Below are positions 1-37,028 of a DNA stretch of 64,000 nt, piece after piece. The notes beneath the pieces are model-generated. The model did not search any database and was not told the DNA's origin. It worked only from the letters and a program-made list of their open reading frames with translations. The stretch is from Saccostrea cucullata. Lineage: Eukaryota. A program made the position numbers and the translations under genes. Each line of letters opens with the position of its first letter. Position 1 is the stretch's first letter. The stretch spans positions 496,001 through 560,000 of the forward strand of contig NW_026936455.1 of NCBI RefSeq assembly GCF_032062105.1. The letters run 5' to 3'.

Positions 1-23430
<23,430 letters not shown>

Positions 23431-24425
23431 ATATTGATGAATGCAGATATATATATAAAGATCGAGCAATATCCCACACAGAATGAAATGCTTTCTTATT
23501 CGGAATAACCACCAAAAAATTACACAGCAGCAAGACTTTGGGGATAATTGAAAAAAAAAAAGGAATCTTATTTATCCCTCGACCAATTTGCTCAATTCCC
23601 CAAAAATATTTCTACATTAGGCTAGCTGTGAGAAAAAATTGATTTCTCCGTAGGAAAACTGTCATTTCATGAGATTCTGATCTCAGTGCTGCCATTCTAT
23701 ATGATATTAATGGCAAAGGTCAAATAACTCTTTTATTATTGGGAAATAAAGAAAATATCAACAGGATTAGGTATCAGTAATTGTACAATCACGTGTAAAA
23801 ATACATTGCACTCAAGAAATGGATTTTTTTCTGAAGGCAGAAAAAGTTTTTTGCAGCGTGTGCATCCTTCACAAAATAAAGTGACACAAAGAAAGGCAAC
23901 CCACTGTTCCCAAATTACAAAGCAAGTGAAATACAAAATAAACTTCCTGACAACATGTACCAGGTAATTCCTGTTCAAGTGCATAAACTATATATAAGCT
24001 AGGTACAAGATTTATAAGAAACCATTGCCTTCTATTTAAACAAACTAACAAAATACATGCAATATGGCAACAAAAGTGCATTGATCTTAAAGGAAACTTT
24101 CTTTAAAGCAGTAAATGTTTGTTTTAATGTCCAAAAATTGTAATAAAAAATAACTATTACCAGGTACTTGAAAAAGACTTATACAATGTATCACATACAA
24201 AGCAAAGCATGTACAACCAAATGTATGTATCAGCATCTTAATGTGAGGAAAAGTCGGGCAACATTTGTACATGAAATAATTTCCATTCATTTTATCAAAG
24301 TAGCTTTCAAAAGTGCAATTTTTTTTTAAATGGGTGAATATATAAGGGCCATCAATCCTTACACCACAGAAAACTAAATTATAAAATCTTTTTGTCATGT
24401 CATGCTACCATACGCAGCTACCATT

Positions 24426-24585
24426 TAAGAAATAAACAACGTTATTCAGTGAACATGGCGTTATGAATAGCAATTGCTCTGCTGGCATATTCCATGATGC
24501 GCGCTAGCGCATCTTGGAAAAATGCCAGCAGAGCTATTGCTATTCATAATGCCATGTTCACTGAATAATCGTTGTTTATTACTTA
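24426..24585. mobile_element. 160-bp near-perfect palindrome (foldback element end)
   Basis: taagaaataaacaacgttattcagtgaacatggcgttatgaatagcaattgctctgctggcat... mirrored by ...atgccagcagagctattgctattcataatgccatgttcactgaataatcgttgtttattactta, centred on gcgcgctagcgc. Confidence 0.8.
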
Positions 24586-25098
24586 TATTTGCATTCTTTG
24601 ATTTTTTTTTCAAGAATATCAGAGGAAATCCTGACTTACATAAGGACGCAGCTTCTTGTCTTCAGTAAAGAAAAAAACATACGGCTTTAAAATCAGTAAA
24701 CCTGATTAATGCTCCTTTTCTCTAATAAATCACAAACATATTTATAAAGTATTTCCCTCTCAAACACAGTTATCTGGATACAAGCAGTGCCGTCATTACA
24801 TTTTTGTTTTGTTGCAAGTGTGACGTCATCGATCAACGTTATTAAAACCCGCTGATGAAAATCAATAATTTAACACTCTGATGAAAAAAGAGAATGCTTT
24901 TATAATGATTATAACTCCAGAATGCTTTTCTATAATTTTTTTATAGTTTTTCTATTTATTTTTAATAGCTGAAATCATTCTTGAAATAGATATACTTGTT
25001 AAAGAATTTTTTCTTTCTGAATGTTATTACCCAAGTGTGAAGAGTTATCGTTCTTTGTTCAAATATGCATGATACAAAAAATAAAAATATGGCAGTTT

Positions 25099-25531
25099 GG
25101 CCATAATAAATAAATTGCTAGATTCTCATCCGAATTTTTTTAAAAATCGAGGCGGGCGGGCGGCTTTTATTTTATATTTTTTATTTTTTCAATTTTGCCG
25201 ATTTTTTATTGACCTGGTCAATCGGTGTAATTTTATCTACAATACCCGAATAAAAGTCATATAGTAAAGGTTCAATTATCTCTTACATCACATCATCACC
25301 AATCTTTTTCAACCTATGACCCTTGTTTAAAATATATATGCATGTATAACAGCAATTACTATCTTTTCAGCTGTCAAAATCAGCGGGATTTAAAACGAAA
25401 GTAGAGTGGTAGATGAATACCGTTCCCGATCAGAATTAAGACGAAGAAAAACAGAAATAAAAAAAATCGAGGCGGGGGTATAAAATCGGGGCGGGCGGGG
25501 ATGAGAATCTAGGAATATTTTTATTATGGCC
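25099..25531. mobile_element. MITE with ~33-bp terminal inverted repeats
   Basis: ggccataataaataaattgctagattctcatcc versus ggatgagaatctaggaatatttttattatggcc, with internal aatcgaggcggg motifs. Confidence 0.75.
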
Positions 25532-28338
25532 TTTTCTACAATTTTTAATAAGTTTTATTATACAATTAAATACATTGACCAAAATTGAATTTTTAAAGAT
25601 ATAAATCATCAATTTTAAAAATTCTGAATTTCCTTTTTTTTCAAAGAATATTATTAAAAACTTATTTTTATTCCTCGTATGAAACATTTCATATATATAC
25701 TTCTCCACACGTGAGGTAAGTGTAGCAGAGATTGTTCTACATGAGTGTGATAGAGCAATTGCACTCATAGTGGAAGCATTTGCGTCTATAGTGGTATGAA
25801 TGCAATTGATGACTACATGTTCATAGTGGGAAAGTGCAGTGGATATGCAAATATAATGTTTTGGAAATCTCTTCCTCCCTATAACCATGCATGCATGCTT
25901 GTTATTTGTAAAACTTAAGAAAGAAATTTAATCCTCCCATCAGACAAAACTATGCAGTCGAGTTATCAACCCAAAACACTTTCATAAATATTTTGACATG
26001 TTAAATGGTGTCAATTGCCAAAAAAAACAAAACAAAAAACAACACATTAATTGCTTGAGTACTTCCTAAAAGTCAGTGAAGAGGAAGCTTACAAATAGCT
26101 GCTAAATTGGAATTTTTAAAAATATAATATCTGATACCTATATTAGGTATCTAATGTTAATAGAGTCCAAGGATGACATGTGACAGACTAAAAACCACAT
26201 TGTGAACTTGGTGAAGATTTTCACATGACAGTGAATATTTATAGGGATGCTTGTATAACATCTTACATAACACAGCATGATAAGGGAAGATAAACTACAT
26301 CATGCAATCAAATAAATTAAAATTAAAATTGAATTAAAACTAGGTCATTGTCGGGAGAAAGAAATGAGACAAGTACTTTTATGTATGCATATAATAATCA
26401 AATATGGTACAAGATCACAAAAATTTTCACAAACAACAATATCTAAGCTTAATTTTGACGAGTAAAAGAAATAGTTATAAGACAAAAAAACTTTCAAAGG
26501 TCCTAAATTGTTTTTTTATCATAGGTTCAGCATATTTAACTTTACCATGTTTTCATTCACCAGGATTAATCATCTAGGATTTTTATTTATACGTACCTTT
26601 TTCATATAAAGGGGGAAATATAAGCAAGATTGCTTAAAATTAGCAATAGAGGTCTATATATAGTTTGGGAGTCTGATGGGGTCATGTCCTGTACAAAAAT
26701 CTGCATTCTATTCTAAGAGCTAATCTGGGGGCAATATTTAGAACTATCATAAATAAAAATATTTCAAAATATGTTACATGTGTGTTCAATCATGAAATAT
26801 TTCTCATTAAACAGTAATTACTAAAAGAGGACGGGCTTTAACATTTTTTCCAAAATGTACCCTTTATTGATAGTTAAATAGCATTGATAAATCCATGTTT
26901 TCATTAAAAGTACATTTAGTACATGCACATTTTGACACTCTTGAGATTTCGTAATTACTAATTAAGCAATACTGCACCTGTAATAGCAATTAAAGTCTTT
27001 CAAATGAATGCTCTTAACGTGTCAAAGAATGAACATTTATTAGTAAGTCAGTAAGTGTATTATAATAGGCTGTATGTAGACATTTAATCTGTACTCTGAT
27101 TATTTCACTTAATAGTTGTGTACATCAGTACTGCACTTTATGATAAAAGAACATTGAAATACACCTCTTTTTAAGGTATCTTAAACAGAGTTTGATAATT
27201 CAGTGTTTTTTTTCCACTTGCCTGGTATAAGGACTGGCCATTTTTAACTGACAATTCAGTCAAAATATTGCTGGACATTTTTCTAATTGGACCTGCAATT
27301 TTTTTTATGTATTTTTATGTTTAATATTGAAAATTGAAACATATTGTTAATTGTTTCCTCAACCAGGAATATAAAAGCATTTAGTTACTAAAGGCTGCTA
27401 AAGAAGTGAAAGTCCAACAAAGCAGAAGAAATTGATACACAATCCCTAACTGTTCTTGCGGCAAAGTAGTTTTCTATTCAGATGAAAAATATAAAGGCAG
27501 ATAGCTACAAACATATAGTTATCATACAAACGGTGAAACCCCATATTTGTCTTACAATATTTAGCACTGTCCCTATTCCATGAAACCAGGGACCCTATGT
27601 TTACATTTTAGGGAAGTGTGATAATTTCCACTTCAAAGTATATCAGACATACCTTAGATGTCATTGAATTTGTAAGCCACATGCAACAACCTTTTTCATA
27701 TTAAGAAAATATGATCATATTTAATGTGAGCATTTTGACACACCATTCAGAACCAAAGGCTCGTATTAAAGCAGTGAAAGTTCTACAAGGCATAACTAAA
27801 CAATACACAACCCATTATTTTTTTTATGCAGCAATGGATTTTTTTATTCTGTCAATCTGAGGAAGAACAAAGGCAGACGGCTAAAATCATACAAACTACT
27901 CTGATATTTTGATTTGTACGTCTTGTTACATTTCGCATTGCTCTTATTCACTGAAATCTGGGAGATGTTTACATTTTCGGGAGGTAATGGTGAAAATACC
28001 CTTCAAAGTATATCACAAACATCTAAGACGTCGTTAGATCTGTGGACATATTGGTCTGTTGGTGACAGTCTAGTCCTTGTCCCGGCCCAGTGGTCAAGAT
28101 TTGTGTACAGTATTTTACATAAAACCTAACACGTAAATACAGATATATTTTTGGAATAAAAGCAGTACAAAGCTTACAAGTCTTTACAACTGACCGTTAT
28201 TCATGGGATATTTGTACATAAAACCACACCTACCATATTTCTGCACCACCCGATGTTTACAAAGTTCTGTACTTGATCGTGATTTACCACCTGTTGAATT
28301 TCCTGTTGTATTTTCCAACCTCCGCGTACAAAAGAGCG

Positions 28339-28351
28339 TTTTCGCGGGAAA
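28339..28351. promoter_or_regulatory. Overlapping E2F-like site near the presumed ITPRID transcription start
   Basis: TTTTCGCGGGAAA contains TTTCCCGC on the minus strand and TTTCGCG on plus. A candidate minus-strand donor lies at 28287. Confidence 0.35.
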
Positions 28352-28969
28352 TTTGATCTTTTGATAGATTGACAGTAACTGTTCTAAACTAAAAGCTATT
28401 TTCTGTAACAGCCCTGATGGCCCATTAATTTGATGAAGAAATTCATATCATATAAATTTGTAAAGAAGATTATGTAATAAGAAGAAGAAGAGGAAAAGAA
28501 AGAGCAAAGAAAACTTAAAGACCCAATTTTTTTACCGTACGGTTACCTGAGAAGGGGGAGTTGTCATAGTAGTACTAATGCTATTTACCTGGAGACCCCC
28601 AATACTCAAGATGTCAAAAATCTATGTACACGTAGCATTACACAGGAAGTCTGTGTCTGGTGATCAGGGTCAACATTCCGTGTTTAGAGTCTTAATTTGA
28701 ATGAAACTACTTGAAATAATTGAAATATTTCAATATAAAATTTATTTATTTATACTTTCAGCGATATCTAATGAAGAAAATAAAATTATAAAGAAATATC
28801 GTTTTAATATAAAAAAAAAAGGAAAAAAAAGTAAAAATAAAGATAAGAACACAGAGTTAAATTACAGAGTATTTTTAATTAAACTTGTGTAAATATCAAA
28901 AATAAAAAAAATATTCCGTTCATAGGTCTATCCGTCGTGTGAACATGAACAATGTATCGCGATAGGAAT

Positions 28970-29230
28970 ATTGCCTACGTCTGACTAACAATGGTGTCGA
29001 AAATATTCACCATTTCCGGGTTTTCGCGTGTTTAAAATTTTTTTTATTGTTTGCCAGATTTCATTTATACTTTTAAGAATTGATCTTATACTTTATATAT
29101 TGCTTACGTTCTGACCATTATTTAATAGTGTCGAAAATATTCACAATATCCGGGTGTTCATGTGTTAAAAAATTTTAAATGCTTGCAAGATTTCTTTTAT
29201 ACTTTTAAGAATTGATCTTTGGTTTTATAT
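28970..29230. repeat. Degenerate ~130-bp tandem duplication
   Basis: attgc(c/t)tacgt...gtgtcgaaaatattcac...tatacttttaagaattgatctt occurs twice. Confidence 0.8.
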
Positions 29231-30147
29231 ATACACTTTTTAATTTCGAATATTGGGTATTGACAGACGTTAGAAAACAGCAGAATTGGACGACATTTAT
29301 CGCCTAAAATACAACATAGCTGTTGAGATAAATATTTTATGAAGTCATGTTTTAATTTTCTACTCTCAATTGTTTTTGAAATAAAAGTTCACCAAGTTTT
29401 TTTTTAACACCCGTGTATACAGGGCGGCTACAAGAAAGTGTTTGACGCGTGACCAGGCAATCGTTTTCAAAACACACAAACTCAGACTATCAGGTAGCAC
29501 GGGTACCTGGCCTGTCAATCAAATCAGGAGCTATTGTTTTTTTAATGATTGACGGCGGTAAATGATTGATCTTCATCCAGGTAGATTTTGGGGGCGTTAA
29601 CATAAAATTGGGTGACATATTTTAATAACACCAGCAGAGGGATTTGTAAACTTGAGCCGCATTTAATTAACCCTCCCTTCCCATCTTACCCTCGTAACTC
29701 AGGATCCTTTAGACTTTTTCCATAAATAAATCATTATTATGAAGCATATTTGTGGAACCTGTTTTATTTTTGATACTTATAATCATGATAATACTGAGTC
29801 CCAAAACCGGAAAAATCACCGAAACAAAATCATGTCTAATTTATTTTTTAATCTTATCCTACTTGCACTCTGCTATACTCTATAGAGCTCTACTAAAAAA
29901 GTAAGGAAATAATAATTAAATCAATGAATATATAAAACAGGGCAGTTAAACTTTAAACGTGGAAATAATAAATTGCGTTGGTATATTTATACTGTGACGA
30001 CTTCTACAATGAGCGAGTTACGCAAAATTTTTAAACTAAAGGGATCCATGAAGCTTTTTTTTCATTTTCCCTCCAAATACAATGTCACTTGTATCCTATT
30101 TTAACGTTGATTTTACGTCATAATGACGTTGACGTCATGTTTTCAAG

Positions 30148-33100
30148 ATGTCTAGGCCTATTTTTATTTTGAATTTTATTTTTGTGATATTCCCGCGGAA
30201 AACAGGTATGTAATGTATGTATTGTTAAAATGTAAACTTAAATCATTTAAATGTTATTTTATTTGGGCACTTGATATAACTTCACAAATACATACCATAC
30301 TATTAATGTAAGGTGATTTTTAATGCATAGAGACATGTTAGAACATTTAAAATGTCCAATAGGCTAGCTACCTGTGACAATTAATAAAAAAAAAAGCATA
30401 TTCTAGTATATTCAAGGGAAGGGGTCTGCCACCACCCCCTCCCATAATGTAAGATGTTGCATGAATAAGAATCTCTCCACCCCGACCTTGAAATAATATT
30501 TTGGAGTTTGGGTAAACCCCTTTCTATACTATACCTGCCTTTAACCAGTCTGGGAATGGAGAGAAAAAAATTGTCCCAGTTGTGAAATTATTACTTTTCC
30601 AACAACAAAACATTGAATATCCTGGTTTGAGTTTTACCGACATAATAATAAGAAAATATTTTGAATAGTTATCTTTCGATCTTGGTTGAGGAGAGGTTAT
30701 CCTTAATGCTATATTTTATATGATTACAGTGAATATGGGGTTAATAAACCATAATTTCATATACATTTGAATGCTGATAACCTTTTTTTTCATATACATT
30801 TGAATGCTGATAACCTTTTTATTAAAACCATCTGATTGGACAATATTCTCTGATTACAGTATCCCTTTGCAGTATTCCTCCAATCTGGCAAAATAGAACG
30901 TATGTGGTTGCACAGTTTTCAAATGGTAGCTTCAATGAAACCTCCTCCACAAATGTTACATTTGGAGGAACCACTGCAGTCTGGGGAGATGGTCAAGGAA
31001 ATTCCAGTATGTGGACATGTCACTATATTGATGAAAAGAGCATTGTATTGAAAAGGTAAAAGACCATTAATAAGATGCGATTTTTTGAGAATGGTTGGAC
31101 TGGGGATTTATCAGTCTCTTTTCCTGTATAAAAACGTGGATTTTTTTCATCAGTGGTCTGAAATGTTTGTTAATATTATACACTGATTCTCAAATTATAG
31201 TCTCAATTCGGTTTAAATAATGTACCGTGTTTTAAGTAATATAATATTTCTAATAAATTTTATTTTCTGCCAATCATATGAACCATTGTTGGTTGTTGAT
31301 TAAAATACAACAATTGTTTGTTGTAACTTGAATGATTGTCTTAGGCGAAAATCGCATTTTATAGCAGAAATCGATATTTACGTTACTGTCGCCGATCATA
31401 GTGTAGTTTTTATTTTAAACCAAAAAGAAGTTTTAAATCGCTTACATATCTTTTTCTTAGTAAGATTGTCCTACATTTGAGTTATATTTTCTGAATATCA
31501 CACCCTTCACACATATGCGTGTCACAAATTTTTAAAAATGTTAATATATTTATCAAATTTTGATGTCACCGCAAAATAATTACTTTTCTATTTGGAAATT
31601 CAAAAGGACTTAAAGGATTACTGAACTGACTAATACGATTAAGTTGTAACTTTTTAACATCATGAACACCTCTTCTATTGCATGGAATGGTAAAAAAGAC
31701 ACCGTTTATCTGCATTTATAAAAAACAGCCCCCCTTTTCTTATAAGTCCAATGGTTAAAAAATTCATCGATATTTACGTGTTAGTATTTATTCACAAATA
31801 AAGTAAGAGAACTACACTGTTTCCTATGGGTCAAATTACCTTACACTCAAGCACTAGAATAAGCCTTTAATTAACATGTCGGCACCTGATCTTGAATTAC
31901 CAAGGATTCGTGTTTATGTTGTCTTCATAGATTTGTATTTTTTAAGATTATTTGAAATCGATGGAAATGTTCGTTATATTCGTTTTTTTTCATTTAAGCA
32001 TTGTCGCAATCCAAGATATGGGTCCATTTTATTTCCACAAACAGGATGGTGGAATAATTAAACAGCATTAAATGTTACGATAAATCTCAGAAAGATATTT
32101 ACGTTACCGATATTTACGTTACCAATATTTACGTTACCATGTTTTAAAGTAAATTAAAATTTAATTCTAAAGCTGTTTGTATAGATTTGCGAGTAATTCT
32201 TAATGATTTAAAAACTAAAAACATGAAGAAATACACTGTTTCTTAAAATGGCATTATTTTCTGTACATGAGTGCAGAAATGCAAATGGAAGTGCACTTTC
32301 AAAGTTGAACATTTTTTACACAATATCTTGTGCATCTGTATGATTTGAAAATTGAATTGACATAATATTAGTCACAAGTAGAATTGTGGTTTAATGATCG
32401 AATGTTTCCATTTTTAGCAATTGGTTAATATTGCATAAGTTTAAGTGTAACGCATGCACGTTATCATTCAGAACGTAAATCTGAAACAAAACTTTCTTAA
32501 TGTTTGTATATTGCTGTTTGTTTGAACTGATAGTGTATCATCAACTTTAAAAAATCGTTATATACAACTAAATTGTATACCAAGCTAAACATTTTGAAGG
32601 AGAAAATATCATTTTTCGTAGGAAATATAATTCCACAGAATAGGCGCTGCGCTGCGTGTAAGGGGAGGAGGGGGGGGGGGGGGGGAGTTATTCCACATCG
32701 GGTTAAAGAAAAAATACGGATGTGGGTGTTGGGTGTCAAGAAACTGGTCGAAATTGAATCCATTTCCATTTTTGGTGCTTTGCAAGAAATACATGTATTA
32801 AATTGTGCACATAATTTTTCCCATTTAAATTGTTGCTTAGACATACATGTAGAACTTAGAACGTATGCGTCTATGCTTTAATGGTACTGAAAATTCAATT
32901 TACGTTATATTTATGTAGAATGTACTTATATTGCTCTATAGAGCAGATATAATTTGCATCTGTAATTATTAACAAACCTTTTTAAGGGTGGTGGGGGTAA
33001 CTTTGTTTTGTTTTTGAGATTTGACGATAAAGTATCCACAAGCAATTATGCATTTGAAATGATCAACAGATTACATGGTGGAAGGGGGGTGTCATAAATT

Positions 33101-34830
33101 AAATGAATCCTCTACAGATAAGTCATAACTTGAATTTTCAATTCAACCCTTTATCAAGAACACAGATAAGAAAATTCATAAAAGTCAATAATGTGATATA
33201 ATAATAATCATTTTTCCCCCAAATATACTTTTATTTTTGTATGATATCTATGTGCGATATTTATGTGATACATGTATTTAACAAACACTTCGTAATCAGG
33301 TACTGGCGAAATATTTTACCTTCTGATATTTTAAATAATGTGCGCTCCTCTGAATAGATAATAAAGAATCAAATAATGAAGCATTTTAGGTAATATTGTC
33401 ATTATTTAGCTTATCGTCAGATTTGATAAAAACTTTTTAAAATAAAAAGAAAATAATTTCATTTAAATGAAAATTATGCCTGTTTTGTTTTTACTAATAA
33501 TTGAATCAAAGATTCCTCACCCTTTTACAAATGTGCTTAAACGGTTTCATAAATGTTTATAGTTAACAAAATTCGATGTGTATTATCTTAATTTTGTATT
33601 TTTCAAAAAAAAATTCTTTCGTTTCCAAATAAGGCTTTTCAACTTCACGTAAATATCTTGGTGTAAAATTAGCCCTCCAACCGCATTCATTTCGGAGGAG
33701 GTCTACAAAACACAGCATGAAGTATGTAAATCATATTGTGATTTTTCATAACTACAGTGTATACACTTTCATGTTTCAAATGACATATAAATGTGTTAGT
33801 TTCAGTTCACAAAATTTTCTGACTTTTCCCAAAGTCGATTTGGCACTATAAATTGAGAATGCGTGTATAACGATTTGTGTATTAATTTTACAGCAAACTG
33901 ATGAATGACAGCAACGAAGCTTTCCAGTGTTTGTTGTACAAGACAATAAACGAATCTATAACTTATTATCAAACAATATCAGGTAAATCAAATATTTTCC
34001 CTATACATGTATATGACCTTTGGTTTTCAAAGTACATTTATATTTGAGGAAAATACCAATGAATTGTACATATACTTCATAGAGCAAAAACTTGTTTGAA
34101 ACCGACTTTTTGATACTTAGTGATTAAGATTTTGGACATTTCAGTGAACGAAAGCCAATATATTACATTTCCGCCAGCATACAACCCCTTGGTTTGCGAT
34201 GTATGCAATGGTACCGAAACGGAATTTTATGTTATGTTCTTGAAAGGTAAAAAAATGTTTAGTGGGTGATAATTTGCAAAGAAAAACATGGCCCTTTTCG
34301 TGGCTTTCTTCCTATATTTTATACCGTTACACACTGTTAGAGTATACAGTTGTAGTTTAGTCTAAAATTAAATTTTGGAGTACTATTTTCCAGAAAATTT
34401 GACCTGTGGATGTGTCTCAGAGTGTAATGATGTTCTGTTTACAAATCCCTGCAAGAGTCTTCAAAACGCTTCAAACAAATGTGACTCTGAAACAGTATCA
34501 CCAACAAGTGATGCAAATTCATCCTGGTCACGGCACCGAACTTCACCGAGTTCAGAAAATATTACCACCAGCTATATAGAGGTAACTGTTTCGTGGCAAC
34601 AATCATCGCCAAGTGCATTGGATAAAGGACAAATTCCAGGAAATGAAGAAGACAGACTTCGTATCCTGATAAACCATTATGGAGCTTACATTGCATATGG
34701 ATTGTCTGGACTATTGTTTCTTGTTACTTGTATGGCCTGGACTTGTCGTTGTTTTCGACTTGCAAAAAAGTCTTGCGAAAAGAAACGAATAATGAAAAAC
34801 AAGGTTAACCCGGTCCAGGAGAAGAACTAG
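30148..34830 (+). CDS. Uncharacterised single-pass type I membrane glycoprotein (~293 aa)
   Basis: Exons 30148-30205, 30860-31055, 33894-33982, 34145-34246 and 34394-34830 join in frame (882 nt) with GT-AG sites. Hydrophobic N-terminus MSRPIFILNFIFVIFP, Cys-containing ectodomain (LCSIPPIW, WTC, FQCL, VCDVC, CGCVSEC), Ser/Thr-rich stalk, TM segment YGAYIAYGLSGLLFLVTCMAWTC and basic tail. Confidence 0.8.
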
Positions 34831-34890
34831 TCAAACTTGTTTCCGAGATATTCATTTTATATAAAAACTCGGGCTTCTTTTCAAATTAAT

Positions 34891-34917
34891 CTCTCTTTCT
34901 CTCTCTCTCTCTCTCTC
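34891..34917. repeat. (CT)n microsatellite in the 3'UTR of the membrane-protein gene
   Basis: Direct observation. Confidence 0.9.
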
Positions 34918-35504
34918 ATATTATTTGAAATGAGGTATATGTTATTAAAATGTAGTAAATACTAGTGATAGAATTTTGAGGTAATATTTTAAACGACAAT
35001 AAAATTTTGAAAAAGTACCTTTTGTCAGATAGTGCAGATAAATCACCTTTATATAGAGTATATACATGTAATTCATTGTGAACAATGGTGATAAAATCTT
35101 CAACAATATCAAAAATCATTGTTTCGAAAATTTGAGTTTATATACTTGCGTGTGAATATTAAAATGAGAAAAAGTAATACCTTAAGTTCGATCAAGTTGA
35201 ACACGTGGCTGTAACAATCTCATTGTTTCTTAATATTCTAGTGTATACATTGTATATACCGGTAATTTGAAATATTGGTTGACTTAGTCCAGCCTTTACA
35301 AGGTACGGGTTTGATATTTTAAGGTATCCGTTTTCGGGCTGTGACGTTAAAGCTGTTGAATGATAGTACTGTTTATAAATGATTAAAACAGAAAACTATA
35401 ACGTGAGATAGAAAATATTTCTGTGAGTACCGGTATATACTGATTCAGTGTTGCAATCATGAACATTTTCATAAAACAGTTCATGAAAATTATATAATAG
35501 ATAG

Positions 35505-36230
35505 TATGGTGGTACAGTGTATTTTCATTTTTCTGCCATCATTTGTCATATGTATATGTCGACTTTTCAGCTGATTATATTGACTTGTCGGTTATTTATG
35601 TTAACTTGTCAGATACTAGTAGATATGTCTCCGATAAAAACATCACAACCAGGAACTGTGTCTTGTTTTTTCAGCATGCTATCATACCTGCGAAGTCGAC
35701 ATTATTTACTGACAAGTCGGCTTGTGAGATGTTATGTAGACTTGTCAGAAAATGATGTTTACCTGTCAGATCTTTGTGTTGACTTGTCGAATACTTAGAT
35801 CGACTTGCCATAAAAATACCGTATTAAGTGGAAATTTTAGCAAGGATTTTATTTTGGCATTATAAGCGAGGGTGCAGAGATCGCTAAAATTAAATATCCC
35901 TAAAAATTATTTGGGTTTTATTTGTTATAACTTCTTAAATGAGCATTTTAAATTAGCTAAAATTACTTCTCGCTAAAAATTAAATACCAATTTTTAAGGG
36001 CAAATCGCTAAATTTTCGTCTCGCTAAAATTTCCGCTCATACAGTATGTTGATGACCTGAATATGCATGGTATGGGCGCATTTTCATTTTGAATTTTTAA
36101 ACACGTAAATAAATGACAAATTATCAAAAAGATCTGACAAGTGGACATATTTATCTGGCATGACAACAAAAACATCTGAAAAGTCAATATAATTATCTGA
36201 AGAAAAGTGGGGCAGAAATATGTCACCATA
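35505..36230. mobile_element. Degenerate element with inverted subterminal gacttgtc/gacaagtc repeats
   Basis: Ends tatggtg and caccata. Repeated gacttgtc(a/g) motifs on the left and gacaag/gaaaagtc motifs on the right. Interrupted by a nested MITE. Confidence 0.55.
35817..36046. mobile_element. Tc1/mariner-type MITE nested in the previous element
   Basis: taccgtattaagtggaaattttagc and gctaaaatttccgctcatacagta inverted ends with TA flanks. Confidence 0.7.
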
Positions 36231-36469
36231 AGATGGACTCACATACGAAGAATCGGTTCAATATCATCAAGCATTGATTTAGGGGGAAAATGCGGAAAAC
36301 AAAGTGGGGTAGACTGCATGACAAGCAAACAGAAAGGCGAACAAGGAGAAACCTTATAGCTCCCTACTGGACAAATAAGTTGCGGATTGAGTTTTACTTT
36401 ACCCATCTTTTTATCCATTTTTCATTTAACCTTTATCTTGTATCATCTGATTTTATGATGCGAATGACA

Positions 36470-37028
36470 TATATTTCAAATGTTGCTGAGGGTGATACGA
36501 AGGAGGACACCCATAGCAGACTGGGTAAAACTAGGAGAGTATTTAGAGAGATAAATACCATTTGGAGGTCTGCACAGTACAGCACCAAGCTATATTGTAT
36601 CAACTCTCCTATAAGGATAGGAATGCTGGAGAATAACAAACACATCTTAGCAAATTACGATCCTTCCATACCATATGCCTCCGTCAAGTACACTGTACTA
36701 GGGTATTCATATCCCGGCCCGAGAAGGTCACATGTACAAATGAAAACCTGTTGAGCCGATGAATGTACCATCATTACCAAACACAGATGAAGATGGATAT
36801 GGCGTTTTTCACAAAAAAGACCATCTTTCAACAACAAGAACAGCACTGCACTGGACTCAAAGCAAAAAAGGAGAGGGAGGCCAAGACCATCTTTGGAGAA
36901 GGACGGTGAAAAATAAGATGAAAGCCATGCACCAAACATGGGGATCAATAGGATGGTCCAGAAAAGACAAAAGTGTGGAAGCCTGTTGCTGTCTTACATA
37001 CCACAGAGTGTGAAGGACGATGATGATG
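36470..37028 (+). mobile_element. Decayed 3' end of an RTE-clade LINE
   Basis: Broken translation GDTKEDTHSRLGKTRRVFREINTIWRS...RRWIW...RTALHWT...WRRTV matches the RTE C-terminal region. It ends in a gatgatgatga tandem tail. Confidence 0.75.
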
